DNA of 64,000 nucleotides from Saccostrea echinata. Lineage: Eukaryota. Shown one piece after another: positions 63,345-64,000 of the stretch. The translations under genes and the position numbers were made by a program. The notes beneath the pieces are model-generated. The model did no database searches. It saw only the letters and a list, made by a program, of their open reading frames with translations, and was not told the origin of the DNA. Position 1 is the stretch's first letter, and each line of letters opens with the position of its first letter. The stretch is from positions 62,001 through 126,000 of the forward strand of contig NW_026889751.1 of NCBI RefSeq assembly GCF_033153115.1. The letters run 5' to 3'.

Positions 63345-64000
63345 CTGAAAGTCAAAATTGTCTGATTATAAAATTAAAAGCCCTTTGTGGTCACCTATGT
63401 ATCATTTTCTTAGCATTCTCCCTATACATATATCACTTTCATGTCACCAAAAAAATTATAATATAAAATCATAAATACAATGTATTTGTAGACACCATAG
63501 TTTAAACTTTTCCTTATTACCGGTAGTCAGAAAGGTACATTTATTAACTACCATGGTACTACTTTGGTATTTCTCCAAAGGATAAAAGATCGATAAAGAC
63601 AAAATGGAGGTAAATCCCTGTACACTAGCTATTAGACCTAGATAATGAGTGTATTTGCTAACAAACTATTTTATCAACATGTATATATATAATTTATTTA
63701 CATGTAGATTTACATGTAGAGTTTATAGTTTCATTGCTTTGACTTTTAATCTGACTTAAGGGCAATCCAGACACAAAAGGAAAGTAACATTATTTATAGT
63801 TATAATAAATAAACAGAAATAATAGGAATTCAGTTTTCCTAAATATTCATATAAAAATTAAAGCCACTTTACAATATTTTGCTTGAATGTGATGTTTTAT
63901 AAATATTGGATTATGTGCAATTTGTGCACAAAAATAGCTTTTAAAATAGCTGTTGAATGATATTGTATGACTTCAAACAGGTCAAATTTTACACCTTATC

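Overview
AT-rich, intron-containing animal DNA. The SINE, Helentron-associated and Penelope-like repeats plus a molluscan-type r-opsin suggest a bivalve, probably an oyster (inference). Eight genes were reconstructed by hand from splice sites: TPMT (-, 3' end off-window), ACOT13 (+), a secreted CUB/LDLa trypsin-like protease (+), a secreted SRCR/LDLa trypsin-like protease (-), a Gq-coupled r-opsin (+), an ankyrin-repeat ORF (-), a claudin-like tetraspan protein (+) and HGSNAT (-, 5' end off-window). The most striking feature is HGSNAT, which has two pairs of intact, equal-length, same-phase duplicated exons. One pair holds the catalytic His, with flanking charges reversed (FRHSRW vs FDHSDW). 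The other pair is the terminal exon. This implies up to four isoforms by mutually exclusive splicing, and there is a weak candidate docking/selector RNA pairing. ACOT13 has a tiny terminal exon that adds a peroxisomal SKL signal, which intron read-through would remove. Exon boundaries were read by eye and need RNA-seq confirmation.
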